Positions 20,416 through 30,149 of a stretch of 64,000 bases of DNA are shown one piece after another. The DNA is taken from the NCBI GenBank assembly GCA_026391835.1, contig JAPLDF010000068.1, forward strand, positions 188,101-252,100, written 5' to 3'. The notes beneath the pieces were generated by a model. That model saw nothing but the letters and a program-made list of their open reading frames with translations. It did not search any database and was not told the origin of the DNA. The translations under genes and the position numbers were made by a program. How positions within the stretch are numbered: the first letter of the stretch is position 1; each line of letters starts with the position of its first letter. The stretch comes from Bacteroidota bacterium (GTDB lineage Bacteria; Bacteroidota; Bacteroidia; Bacteroidales; FEN-979).

Positions 20416-21690
20416 ATGTTCTATCTGATGATCGTTGTTTTTATCCTGGGCTATACAATTATTGCCCTCGAACACCCGCTCAGGGTTAACAAATCGGGTA
20501 CAGCCCTGCTCCTTGCCGTGGCAATGTGGGTGCTTTTTAATTTTCACCTGCCTGTGCGCCTTCCGGACACTGCACTTCAGGCGCATCTTGGTGACATTGC
20601 AGGGATCCTCTTCTTCCTGCTCGGCGCCATGACCATTGTTGAACTGATCGATTCGCACGAAGGGTTCCGGATCATTACCGATAAAATTAAAACCACCAAT
20701 AAGGTAAAACTCCTGTGGGTGATCAGCATCATCTCCTTTTTTCTTTCGGCGGTGCTCGACAACCTTACAACTGCGATCGTCATGGTTGCCATGTTGCGCC
20801 AGCTGGTCGGGGATAAAAAGGAACGCTGGTTCTATGCCGGGATGGTCGTGGTGGCTGCAAACAGCGGGGGGGCGTTCAGTCCGATCGGCGATGTGACCAC
20901 CATCATGCTCTGGATCGGGGGACAGGTCACTGCCACGAATATCATCCTGAAAACATTCATCCCCAGCGTATTGTCGATGACCATCCCCCTGGTTTTGCTT
21001 TCGCTGAAAATGAAAGGAGATGTGCAGAAGCCTGCCCGCGTTGCAGCCGGGCATGGATTCTCCACCAAGCCTCTTGAACGGAACATCGTTTTTTTTCTTG
21101 GTATAGGTTTGCTCCTGTTTGTACCCGTTTTTAAAACCCTGACAAATCTCCCACCTTACATGGGCATCCTGCTTGCCCTCGGGGTTTTGTGGGTCGTCAC
21201 AGAAATCATGCACAAGTCAAAGAATGACGCATACCGCCCGATGGTAACCGTAGCAGGGATCATACGAAGAATTGACACCCCCAGCATCCTCTTTTTCCTG
21301 GGGATACTGCTGGCCGTTGCCGCACTCGAATCGGCCGGCCACCTGGAGTTGCTTGCCAGGGTGCTCGATCAGCATGTAGGCAACCTTTACCTGATCAATG
21401 TCATTATCGGGCTGCTCTCGGCTGTTGTCGACAATGTTCCGCTTGTGGCCGGCGCCATGGGGATGTACCAGCATAGTTTCCCAACCGATCACTATTTCTG
21501 GGAGATGCTGGCATATTGTGCCGGAACCGGGGGAAGTATCCTGGTGATCGGCTCAGCCGCCGGGGTTGCCGTGATGGGAATGGAAAAAATTGACTTTATC
21601 TGGTACCTGAAGAAAATATCGTTGTGGGCATTGATCGGTTACCTGGCCGGGGCGGGGGCGTATTGGGGGTTGAGTGTGTTGGGGGTATAA
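20416..21690 (+). CDS. NhaD/ArsB-superfamily Na+/H+ antiporter-like permease
   Basis: 424 aa polytopic protein. The N-terminus LGYTIIALEHPLRVNKSGTALLLAVAMW resembles the NhaD family. Confidence 0.75.
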   Translation: MFYLMIVVFILGYTIIALEHPLRVNKSGTALLLAVAMWVLFNFHLPVRLPDTALQAHLGDIAGILFFLLGAMTIVELIDSHEGFRIITDKIKTTNKVKLLWVISIISFFLSAVLDNLTTAIVMVAMLRQLVGDKKERWFYAGMVVVAANSGGAFSPIGDVTTIMLWIGGQVTATNIILKTFIPSVLSMTIPLVLLSLKMKGDVQKPARVAAGHGFSTKPLERNIVFFLGIGLLLFVPVFKTLTNLPPYMGILLALGVLWVVTEIMHKSKNDAYRPMVTVAGIIRRIDTPSILFFLGILLAVAALESAGHLELLARVLDQHVGNLYLINVIIGLLSAVVDNVPLVAGAMGMYQHSFPTDHYFWEMLAYCAGTGGSILVIGSAAGVAVMGMEKIDFIWYLKKISLWALIGYLAGAGAYWGLSVLGV

Positions 21691-21753
21691 AAGTGACGAG
21701 TGACAAGTGACGAGTGACAAGTGACGAGTGACAAGTGACAAGTGACAAGTGAC
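21691..21753. repeat. heptamer tandem repeat (RAGTGAC) x9
   Basis: aagtgac/gagtgac alternate three times, then aagtgac occurs three more times. The array fills the spacer between two convergent genes. Confidence 0.95.
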
Positions 21754-21757
21754 GGGG

Positions 21758-22387
21758 TTATTTTGAGGTGTAGGTTGTGTTTACATTGATAAAGCCGGGG
21801 AAGGTGATGGCTGTGCCGGCAATGATTACGGTGGGTTTCAGTTTAATTTTAAAGCGGGTCGGGGTGTTTCCGGCGCCGGCGAGGTTCATGCAGAAATTGA
21901 GCATGGCCGTGGCAGATTTTCCGTTCAGTACCTGCTTTAAGTCAAGTCCTACATCAACCGGTATCTTCGCGGTGGTCATGGGTGGAACTGTGAACGGCTT
22001 ATCAACGATCCCCGACGTCATCTGAATATCGTCGATAAACAGGATCCATTCAAGCCGGTTGAGGCCGGCTTCAGCCGCATTCGGGTTCCTGACATCGAGA
22101 TTCAGCTGGAGTGACAGCGGGAATACCGGGCTGGCAAACCCTGCCAGGACACGTGCCACATCGGCGAAGCCAAGGTCGCTTACCGATTTGATGTACTGAA
22201 GTTCGACGCCTGCAAGATTAACATGATCCACCGAAGCTATCCGAAAATCGCATTTTGCCAGGTTTGACACCTGCCTGGCCTGCCGTGCCACATCACAGCC
22301 AGAAAAAAAAAGTACAAGGGCGGTAAAAAACGTTGCCACGATAATCAGCCGGGGTGAACTGGGCATATGCGGGAATTTTGCCTGCAA
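21758..22387 (-). CDS. LEA_2 / NDR1-HIN1-like lipoprotein
   Basis: Lipobox LFFSGC. A beta-rich body with LQLNLDVRNPNA...LEWILFIDD is typical of LEA type 2 (WHy) domains. Confidence 0.55.
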   Translation of the reverse strand: MQAKFPHMPSSPRLIIVATFFTALVLFFSGCDVARQARQVSNLAKCDFRIASVDHVNLAGVELQYIKSVSDLGFADVARVLAGFASPVFPLSLQLNLDVRNPNAAEAGLNRLEWILFIDDIQMTSGIVDKPFTVPPMTTAKIPVDVGLDLKQVLNGKSATAMLNFCMNLAGAGNTPTRFKIKLKPTVIIAGTAITFPGFINVNTTYTSK

Positions 22388-22404
22388 ATTTAGGCGATTT
22401 GATG

Positions 22405-25400
22405 TTAATATTCGTCCCAGCTTTTTATTTCAATCTCGCCGGGTTTGATTTTGCAGAAGGCCATGATAAATGCCGCAGCAAGATTCGGGTTGGTGATGAG
22501 CGGAATATTGCAGTCAACCGCCGACCTCCGGATGGAATAATCGTTGTCGAGTTCATGTTTCGACAGGTTTTTGGGGATGTTTACAACCAGGTCGATCCGC
22601 CGGTTCTGCAGGTAATCGAGCACATTCGGGGTGGCCTCTTCATCAGGCCAGTGCAGGATGGTGGCCGGGATCCCGTTGGTTGCAAGAAAACCGGCCGTTC
22701 CGGGCGTTGCGAAAATGGAATATCCTTTTTTATGCAACTGATGGCAACATTCGAGCAGGATCGTTTTTGACTTTGTGGGGCCTGAAGAAACCAGGATATT
22801 CTTCTCGGGAATCCGGTATCCCACCGACAGCATGGCTTTGAGAATGGCTTCATGAAAGGAGTCGCCGATGCACCCGACTTCGCCGGTTGATGCCATGTCA
22901 ACCCCCAGCACAGGGTCGGCCTTCAGCAGGCGGGAAAAGGAGAACTGCGGCGCCTTGATACCGATGTAATCAATGTCGAACATCGATTTGTCGGGCTTTT
23001 CGAACGGGATTCCCAGCATTACCCGGGTGGCAATGTCGATAAAATTTATTTTCAGCACCTTCGATACAAAAGGGAAACTGCGCGAAGCCCGCAGGTTGCA
23101 TTCAATTACTTTTATGTCGTTTTCCCGGGCCAGGAACTGGATGTTGAACGGCCCGGAAATGTTGAGGGAACCGGATATTCCGCGTGCCACCCGCTTGATC
23201 TTGCGGATGGTCTCCACGTAAATCTTCTGCGGCGGGAACACGATGGTGGCATCACCTGAGTGAACACCGGCAAATTCAACATGTTCGGAGATGGCATAGG
23301 CCACGATTTCACCATTCCGCGCCACGGCATCCATCTCGATTTCCTTGGCCTCCTCTATGAATTCGGATACGACTACGGGATGATCTTTGGAGACATTGGC
23401 CGCAAGCGTAAGGAAATATTCAAGTTCACTGTTGTTCGACACCACATTCATGGCGGCACCCGAAAGCACATACGATGGCCTGATCAGCAATGGAAAGCCC
23501 ACCTGCGCGGCAAAAGCATAGATTTCATCCAGGTTGGTCATCTCCTGCCACCTGGGCTGGTCGATTTCGAGCCTGTCGAGCATGGAGGAGAATTTGTGAC
23601 GGTCCTCGGCCCTGTCAATGTCAACCGGGGATGTTCCAAGGATCGGAACCTGCTGCGCATGCAGGCGCATGGCGAGGTTGTTGGGAATCTGCCCGCCCAT
23701 GGACACCACCACTCCTTTCGGATCTTCCAGTTCAACGATGTCCATCACCCGCTCAAAGGAGAGTTCATCAAAGTAGAGCCGGTCGCAGATATCGTAATCG
23801 GTGCTTACCGTTTCGGGGTTGTAGTTGATCATGACCGACCGGTAGCCGGCCGATTTCACCGTGTTCAGCGTGTTCACGCTGCACCAGTCGAATTCAACGG
23901 AACTGCCGATGCGGTATGCCCCTGAACCCAGGACGATCACCGACAGCCTGTCGGAAGGAAAGTCAACATCGTGTTCATCGCCATTGTAGGTGAGGTAAAG
24001 ATAATTTGTCCGGGCCGGATATTCAGCCGCAAGGGTATCGATATTTTTCACGCATGGGAGGATGCCCAGCGCTTTGCGGCAGGCGCGCACGGTGAGCATA
24101 TCCTGCTCTGTGTCGCCTTTCCCGCGTTTTCCGACCAGCCTGGCCAGCTGAAAATCGGAGAAACCCTGGCGTTTTGCATCACGGAACATTGCGGGCGGAA
24201 TGGCAGTGAGGTCGTTGACAGCGGCCATCACCAGTCCTGTATCATAAATATTTTTCAGCCGGTAGAGGAACCATTTGTCGATCCGGGTCAAACTCCAGAT
24301 GCGGTCGATGGTAACCCCTTCGGCAAATGCCTGCGCGATGACGAAGATGCGCGTATCCGTCGGGTTGGCGAGGGCCTCCTCAATATTCTCCACATCGAGA
24401 TCCTTGTTACCAACGAACCCGTGCATGCCCTGCCCGATCATCCTCAATCCCTTTTGAATGGCCTCTTCGAAGGTGCGGCCAATGGCCATGATCTCTCCCA
24501 CGCTCTTCATGCTTGAGCCGATCTGCTTGGAAACCCCGGTGAATTTGCTCAGGTCCCACCGCGGGATCTTGCACACAATGTAATCGAGGGAAGGCTCAAA
24601 ACAGGCCGTGGTGACTTTGGTAACCGAGTTTTTCAACTCATGCAGCCCATATCCAAGGCCGAGTTTGGCTGCCACAAAGGCCAGCGGGTAGCCTGTTGCC
24701 TTGGAGGCGAGGGCCGATGACCGCGAGAGCCGGGCGTTGACTTCGATCACCCGGTATTCCTCCGACACCGGGTTGAGGGCATACTGGATGTTGCATTCAC
24801 CGATGATTCCCAGGTGGCGGATGACTTTGATGGAAAGTTCGCGGAGCTTGTAGTATTCCATGTTGGTAAGCGTTTGCGACGGTGCTACCACGATGCTTTC
24901 GCCGGTGTGGATGCCCAGCGGGTCGAAATTTTCCATGTTGCACACAGTGATGCAGTTGTCGTAGCAATCGCGCACCACCTCGTATTCGATCTCTTTCCAC
25001 CCTTTCAGCGACTCCTCCACCAGTATCTGGCCCGAATAGGAGAAGGCATTTGCGGCCAGCACATCCAGTTCCGCTTCATTGGTGCAGAACCCGCTCCCCT
25101 GCCCTCCCAGCGTATAGGCCGCACGGATGATCACCGGGTAGCCGATGGATGCAGCGGCAATCCTGGCTTCAGGAAGAGCGGTCACTGCATGGCTTTTGGG
25201 CGTTGCAACATCAATTCCATGGAGCATCCGGGAGAAGAGGTCGCGGTCTTCGGTTTGTATGATCGTTGCCACCGGGGTTCCGAGCACCTTCACATGGTGC
25301 TTTTCCAGGAAACCCGATTGATACAGCGCAACACCGCAATTGAGCGCCGTTTGCCCCCCGAAAGCCAGCAGGATCCCGTCGGGCCGCTCCTTTTCAATTA

Positions 25401-25623
25401 CCTTTTCAACAAACTGCGTTGTGACCGGGAGAAAGTAGACCTTATCGGCAATCTCCCCGGAAGTTTGAATGGTGGCGATGTTGGGGTTTACCAGGATGGT
25501 TGTAATCCCCTCTTCTTTCAGTGCTTTCAGCGCCTGCGACCCGGAGTAGTCGAATTCGCCGGCCTCCCCGATCTTGAGGGCACCGGAACCCAGGACAAGT
25601 ACCCTATTTACCTTCTGAACCAT
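22405..25623 (-). CDS. carB: carbamoyl-phosphate synthase large subunit
   Basis: 1072 aa with two ATP-grasp halves and an MGS-like tail. N-terminus VLVLGSGALKIGEAGEFDYSGSQALKALKEEG. Confidence 0.97.
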   Translation of the reverse strand: MVQKVNRVLVLGSGALKIGEAGEFDYSGSQALKALKEEGITTILVNPNIATIQTSGEIADKVYFLPVTTQFVEKVIEKERPDGILLAFGGQTALNCGVALYQSGFLEKHHVKVLGTPVATIIQTEDRDLFSRMLHGIDVATPKSHAVTALPEARIAAASIGYPVIIRAAYTLGGQGSGFCTNEAELDVLAANAFSYSGQILVEESLKGWKEIEYEVVRDCYDNCITVCNMENFDPLGIHTGESIVVAPSQTLTNMEYYKLRELSIKVIRHLGIIGECNIQYALNPVSEEYRVIEVNARLSRSSALASKATGYPLAFVAAKLGLGYGLHELKNSVTKVTTACFEPSLDYIVCKIPRWDLSKFTGVSKQIGSSMKSVGEIMAIGRTFEEAIQKGLRMIGQGMHGFVGNKDLDVENIEEALANPTDTRIFVIAQAFAEGVTIDRIWSLTRIDKWFLYRLKNIYDTGLVMAAVNDLTAIPPAMFRDAKRQGFSDFQLARLVGKRGKGDTEQDMLTVRACRKALGILPCVKNIDTLAAEYPARTNYLYLTYNGDEHDVDFPSDRLSVIVLGSGAYRIGSSVEFDWCSVNTLNTVKSAGYRSVMINYNPETVSTDYDICDRLYFDELSFERVMDIVELEDPKGVVVSMGGQIPNNLAMRLHAQQVPILGTSPVDIDRAEDRHKFSSMLDRLEIDQPRWQEMTNLDEIYAFAAQVGFPLLIRPSYVLSGAAMNVVSNNSELEYFLTLAANVSKDHPVVVSEFIEEAKEIEMDAVARNGEIVAYAISEHVEFAGVHSGDATIVFPPQKIYVETIRKIKRVARGISGSLNISGPFNIQFLARENDIKVIECNLRASRSFPFVSKVLKINFIDIATRVMLGIPFEKPDKSMFDIDYIGIKAPQFSFSRLLKADPVLGVDMASTGEVGCIGDSFHEAILKAMLSVGYRIPEKNILVSSGPTKSKTILLECCHQLHKKGYSIFATPGTAGFLATNGIPATILHWPDEEATPNVLDYLQNRRIDLVVNIPKNLSKHELDNDYSIRRSAVDCNIPLITNPNLAAAFIMAFCKIKPGEIEIKSWDEY

Positions 25624-25624
25624 G

Positions 25625-26701
25625 CTATAATCCCGATTTGTATGTCCTGACCATTTTTATGAAATCGTCGAATAAAAACCGTGTATCGGTAGGGCCGCCG
25701 GATGCTTCCGGGTGGAACTGGGTCGAAAAAAACGGTTTGGTTTTGTGCCGGATACCCTCGTTGGTGTGGTCGTTGAGGTTGACAAAGAAAGGATCCCAGC
25801 CATCTCCCAGCGTTGCATCATCCACGGCGAACCCATGATTCTGCGAGGTGATGTATGCCCGGTTTGACCCCACTCTCAGCACCGGCTGGTTATATCCGCG
25901 GTGGCCATATTTCAGTTTATAGGTCTTTGCCCCGCCTGCGAGGGCGAGCAACTGGTTCCCGAGGCATATTCCGAAAATGGGCCGCTCCTGCCCGATGGCA
26001 TGCTGCTAATGGCGGATGGTGATTGCGCACTGCAGCGGATCGCCCGGGCCGTTGGAGACCACCAGTCCGTCATAATCGTCACCTGTAAAGTCGTAATCCC
26101 ATGGCACCCTGGTCACCGTGGCCCCCGTGCCGAGGAGGCAGCGGATGATGTTGTTTTTTACACCGCAGTCGACGAGCATGATATTCTCTTCGCCTCCAGG
26201 GTATGTCTCTTTTTCGTGTGTACTTACCTGTGAAACCAGGTTTTCCCTGTCAGGATCATAAAAACCGGTTTCCCCGGGATCATGCTGTACAAGTTTCCCC
26301 AGCATGGTCCCCCGTTCGCGCAGCAATTTGGTCAGTGCCCGCGTATCGATGCCGCAGATCCCCGGGACGTTGTGCTCTTTCAGCCATTCCGACAGGCTCT
26401 CCAATGAATTCCAGTGACTGTATTCGGCCGAATAACTTGCCACAACCAAACCGGAGATATGAATGTGGCCGGATTCAAAATGTTTTGAAAGCTGCTCACT
26501 GATCGCCCTGCCGGGTACCCCGTAATTCCCGATGAGCGGGTAGGTCAGAACCAGTATCTGCCCTTTGTAGGAGGGGTCGGTAAGGCTTTCGGGGTAGCCG
26601 GTCATGGCTGTATTGAAAACCACCTCCCCGGCGGCATCGCATTTCGCCCCGAACGACCGGCCGGTGAAGCAGGTACCGTCATCCAATATCAGCTGTGGCA
26701 T
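25625..26701 (-). pseudogene. carA: carbamoyl-phosphate synthase small subunit, interrupted by one in-frame TAG (26006-26008)
   Basis: ORFs 26006..26701 and 25625..25951 are in the same frame. Hand translation across the gap gives [45 protein letters not shown]. The catalytic Cys block GICLG lies in neither called ORF. Total length of 358 codons is normal for CarA. Confidence 0.85.
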
Positions 26702-26711
26702 CTGTTAAAAA

Positions 26712-29700
26712 TTATTTCGAAACATATATAAATTTGGTCTCCAGGGGTTTGAACGTAATCCACAGCTGATGAGAAGGCCGTAACGCTGGCGACGACTGCC
26801 ATCGCAATTTCAGCAGTTCACCGAGCACATTTACTTCTGACACCGAAGCTGCCCCGGTTGCCATGGCCAGCGTTCCAGGTGAATGTGCCGGATCGTCAAC
26901 CAGGATGGAGTCCGGCTTTCCGGTTGTTTCCCTCATCTGCAAAATAAAACCGTTGCCGGCAGCGGATGGCGTTGCGGAGACCAGCACCAGGTTGTTATTG
27001 GTACCGGGAAAAAATGAGACGGGCTGCAGGCTGGAACCAGGTGTGGCTGAGGCAGGGAAAACCCTGGCCAGGAAAGGGATGCGGTTTTCCATTCCAAACC
27101 GCGTGGCCAGCGCATTCGAAGGATCAGCCACCGATGTGACCTGGTAGCTCCATTTCAGCTCCCCCTCCTGGCTTGCCAGGAAGTTGGTCGTCCAGTAGTT
27201 GTTCAACACCCAGGAATAGATATACCCCGACACCGGATTCGCCACCCTTGCAAACTTTCCAAGATTGATATCTCCCAATTGAACCAGGGGTATTTCGGGG
27301 GAAGAAAAAACAATCTGCCCGCTGTCGTTTCGCAACGCAACAAAATTTTGGATCCCCATCCAGTCGGATGCAGATCCCTCAACCTGCTCCTTGCCGGGAA
27401 CCATGGTACCTCCTGCGACTTCGGCAACATGGCGGCTGTTCTCCAACCTGAATGGAAAGGCAATGTAAACACCTTCGGGATCGGTTACCGCGCGTTTTTT
27501 CATCGAATAACAAAATTCCACCTTTTTTTCAAGGTTGTACAACCTGATCTCACAGCGGATACCTGTTGAATCGGCACATCCTTCCATCCTGCCGGTGATG
27601 GTGATGCTGTGCCACACCGGCCCCGGGTGAATGCCGCTCACACGGAGTCCATGCCAGGAAGTCCGGGTATATTCATCCAGCTTCCGTTGTTCCAGCTGCC
27701 CGCGGTTCTTTCCAAGCCGTTCATAGATAAATTCACCCAGGGCATAAGGCGCGGTTTTGTCTGTCAATTCCCGTTTCCACTCCTTGTCATAGAGCCCGGT
27801 GATTTTCCCGGTCTTCCGATCCACCACCAGCCGGTAGAAATCATTTTCAAAAACCCCGCTGAACGGCTTTTCCTGCAGGTTATCCCGGGATTCCCAGTCA
27901 ACGGCGATCCGGTATACACTATATCCCAGCGGCGGCACATCCTTCACATGCAGCATCCACCAGGTGCCCTCTTCGCGGCTTGAGACAGGCTGCAGCACCA
28001 TGACCTGGTTCGCCGCGTCCAATATCCTGTATTCCTTGTCCTTCGGCAAAAGCTGGTGGTCAATGTAGACCATGACATTCCCGGTGCGGGCCCGGTTCAG
28101 TGTGTTGAATACCGCAATGGAGGGGACATCCGCTTTCGGGATAAATAGCTGAACCTGCCCCATCACCTCTTCGCGCAGGATGCTGTTTTTCTTGACCGCA
28201 CTCCACACCCACGACTCCTTTTCGCCAAGCTGCACCACGCTGTTCTCGCAAAGCGGGTCGGTGATGCTCTCGGCTGCGCCGAAGGTATGCTCGTCATAAA
28301 AAGCGATGTCGTCGGTGACCTGGTCCTGCAACGCACGTATGGCCGGTCCCTGAGGCACGCCCATGCAGACTGCCATGGCCATCAGCCCTTCGTTGGCAAT
28401 GTAATCGGAATGTGCGCTGCGTGCAAAGGCAGTTTGCATGGCTGCCGAACCGAATCCATCCATCCACCAGTCGGGCCATGCCCCCCTGATCACCGGCAGT
28501 TCCTGTGCATGGTTTCGTTTCATGTAATCCATGAATTCCGATACCGTTGCCAGCCGCAGCTTCGGCCAGATATAGACCTTGTTCCATTGCTCCACCAGTT
28601 TGCAGGCAGTGGTCGACGGCGGGGAGTTGTCGGTGAGATACCCGCTGAACTGGACCGCATAGTGGTCCCAGGGATAGCCCCTGGCTATTATGTCCTGGAG
28701 ATGCAGAAACAAACCGCTGCCAAAGGTTTCGATGGTGCCAAGGATGCCAAGGCTGTTGCCCCACATGTAATGCTCGGGACGGTTCACCAGTACCCGGTTT
28801 CCCGAAGGCGACTCCCACCAGAATGTTGTGGGCCTTTCAAACGGTTTCAATGCCCGGGTATCGTTTTGCCCCATGTTGAGGAATTCTATTCCCGCTCCCG
28901 GCAGATAGTCGGCCAGGCACCAGGGCACCCCGTTGATGTCGCTTTGCATGGCCGCTTTCACCGGGAACCCGAGTTTCCGGAACTCCTGGATTGGCCGGAG
29001 GGTGGCGGCGATCATGGTTTCATCGGCCAGGTCGGATGCGTTGAGAAACAACCCGGTAAGTTCAATCCGCCCTTCGCCGATCCGGCGGCGGAGCCGCTCA
29101 ACCTGCGATGCCGGCCTGGTTCCCAGGTATTCCCTCACCGCCCAGGATGTTTCGCATGTCCACCGGAACCGGGCATCATCGGGCAGGGAATCGGTTTGGT
29201 CGCAGAAATCGAGCGCATAATCGATATACCTCAAATGGTCGGGCAGGATTTCCGTTTGCGGGCGGGTGTAGCCGATATCGGTGTGGGTGTGCTGGACAAG
29301 GTAAATGGTAAAATGGCCCACAGGCGCAATGTTAAAATTTTTGCGGAAGGGCTTCTCACCGGCGAGGCAGATGGTGGCGGTGTGTTTGCCCGGCGGCGTA
29401 TCTTCGGGCAGCATCACCTTCACTTCATTGAACCCGGTTTCAAGGGTGAAGGATGTTTTCGGGGCGCCGGCCGTTTCCAGGGTACCGGTTACCGCATCGC
29501 CCAAATGAACAAACTGGAACAAAACAGGGATGGCGTTTCCGTGATCACCCCTGAGCAGTGCAGGAACCTGTTTGATGGCCAGGTTCTCCTCCACCCCTGC
29601 TTCAAAGGTCATATACCATGATCGGCTCTCCTTCGACTCGCCGACAATGCGGATATGCTGCGGCTTCCCTTTGTCAACAAGGTTCACAGGCAAACTGAGC

Positions 29701-30149
29701 ACCGCGTATCCCATCGGATCGCCATATTTGTCAAGCATGGTGGTTTTGAAGAGCAGCGAAGAACCACCGATACCCCCCACCCGCCAGGGTTTTATTTCTG
29801 AAACAGGCGGGTTGGCAAAGGAAAGACAGTACTTTCCGTTCACGTAAAGTTTAAAACTGTGGCTGTCGGCATTGGCATCGATGCCAAACATCCAGACCAG
29901 GTTGACTGTTTGTACGGCATAGCTGCCAGGAAGAACGTCAGTTTCCCATTCAATATATTGCACCGAATCGATGGAGCGGATCAGCAGTGAGGAGGTGATG
30001 CCGGGCTGGGGGGAATGATACTCAAACCCGCCGCCTTTGATCGATTTTGCATATCCTTTAAAAAACAATTCAGCCGGGTGGCCGGCGTTTTGCGGGACTG
30101 CGGCAAGAGAGAAGGCTACGCCCAGGAGCAGTAAGAATTTGCGCATCAT
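26712..30149 (-). CDS. secreted glycoside hydrolase family 38-like (alpha-mannosidase-like)
   Basis: Signal peptide. The block IYLVQHTHTDIGYTRPQTEI...RFRWTCETSWAVREYL resembles the GH38 N-terminal catalytic domain. Confidence 0.75.
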   Translation of the reverse strand: MMRKFLLLLGVAFSLAAVPQNAGHPAELFFKGYAKSIKGGGFEYHSPQPGITSSLLIRSIDSVQYIEWETDVLPGSYAVQTVNLVWMFGIDANADSHSFKLYVNGKYCLSFANPPVSEIKPWRVGGIGGSSLLFKTTMLDKYGDPMGYAVLSLPVNLVDKGKPQHIRIVGESKESRSWYMTFEAGVEENLAIKQVPALLRGDHGNAIPVLFQFVHLGDAVTGTLETAGAPKTSFTLETGFNEVKVMLPEDTPPGKHTATICLAGEKPFRKNFNIAPVGHFTIYLVQHTHTDIGYTRPQTEILPDHLRYIDYALDFCDQTDSLPDDARFRWTCETSWAVREYLGTRPASQVERLRRRIGEGRIELTGLFLNASDLADETMIAATLRPIQEFRKLGFPVKAAMQSDINGVPWCLADYLPGAGIEFLNMGQNDTRALKPFERPTTFWWESPSGNRVLVNRPEHYMWGNSLGILGTIETFGSGLFLHLQDIIARGYPWDHYAVQFSGYLTDNSPPSTTACKLVEQWNKVYIWPKLRLATVSEFMDYMKRNHAQELPVIRGAWPDWWMDGFGSAAMQTAFARSAHSDYIANEGLMAMAVCMGVPQGPAIRALQDQVTDDIAFYDEHTFGAAESITDPLCENSVVQLGEKESWVWSAVKKNSILREEVMGQVQLFIPKADVPSIAVFNTLNRARTGNVMVYIDHQLLPKDKEYRILDAANQVMVLQPVSSREEGTWWMLHVKDVPPLGYSVYRIAVDWESRDNLQEKPFSGVFENDFYRLVVDRKTGKITGLYDKEWKRELTDKTAPYALGEFIYERLGKNRGQLEQRKLDEYTRTSWHGLRVSGIHPGPVWHSITITGRMEGCADSTGIRCEIRLYNLEKKVEFCYSMKKRAVTDPEGVYIAFPFRLENSRHVAEVAGGTMVPGKEQVEGSASDWMGIQNFVALRNDSGQIVFSSPEIPLVQLGDINLGKFARVANPVSGYIYSWVLNNYWTTNFLASQEGELKWSYQVTSVADPSNALATRFGMENRIPFLARVFPASATPGSSLQPVSFFPGTNNNLVLVSATPSAAGNGFILQMRETTGKPDSILVDDPAHSPGTLAMATGAASVSEVNVLGELLKLRWQSSPALRPSHQLWITFKPLETKFIYVSK

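Noticed and set aside
21553-21741. 62-aa ORF (MSLVTRHLSLVTCHSSLL...).
   Set aside because: Its N-terminal half is simply the translation of the RAGTGAC heptamer array, and the rest is antisense to the nhaD-like gene's 3' end.
26006-26008. Genome-wide reassignment of TAG to a sense codon, as an explanation for the in-frame TAGs in carA and the CheB-CheR gene.
   Set aside because: TAG terminates at least nine well-supported genes in this window at positions consistent with homologue lengths. Examples are the POT transporter, pstA, the T9SS protein, carA itself, two GvpF/L genes and the arsA-like gene. Some are immediately followed by the next start codon. Wholesale recoding is therefore unlikely. 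Local error, mutation or low-level read-through remain possible.
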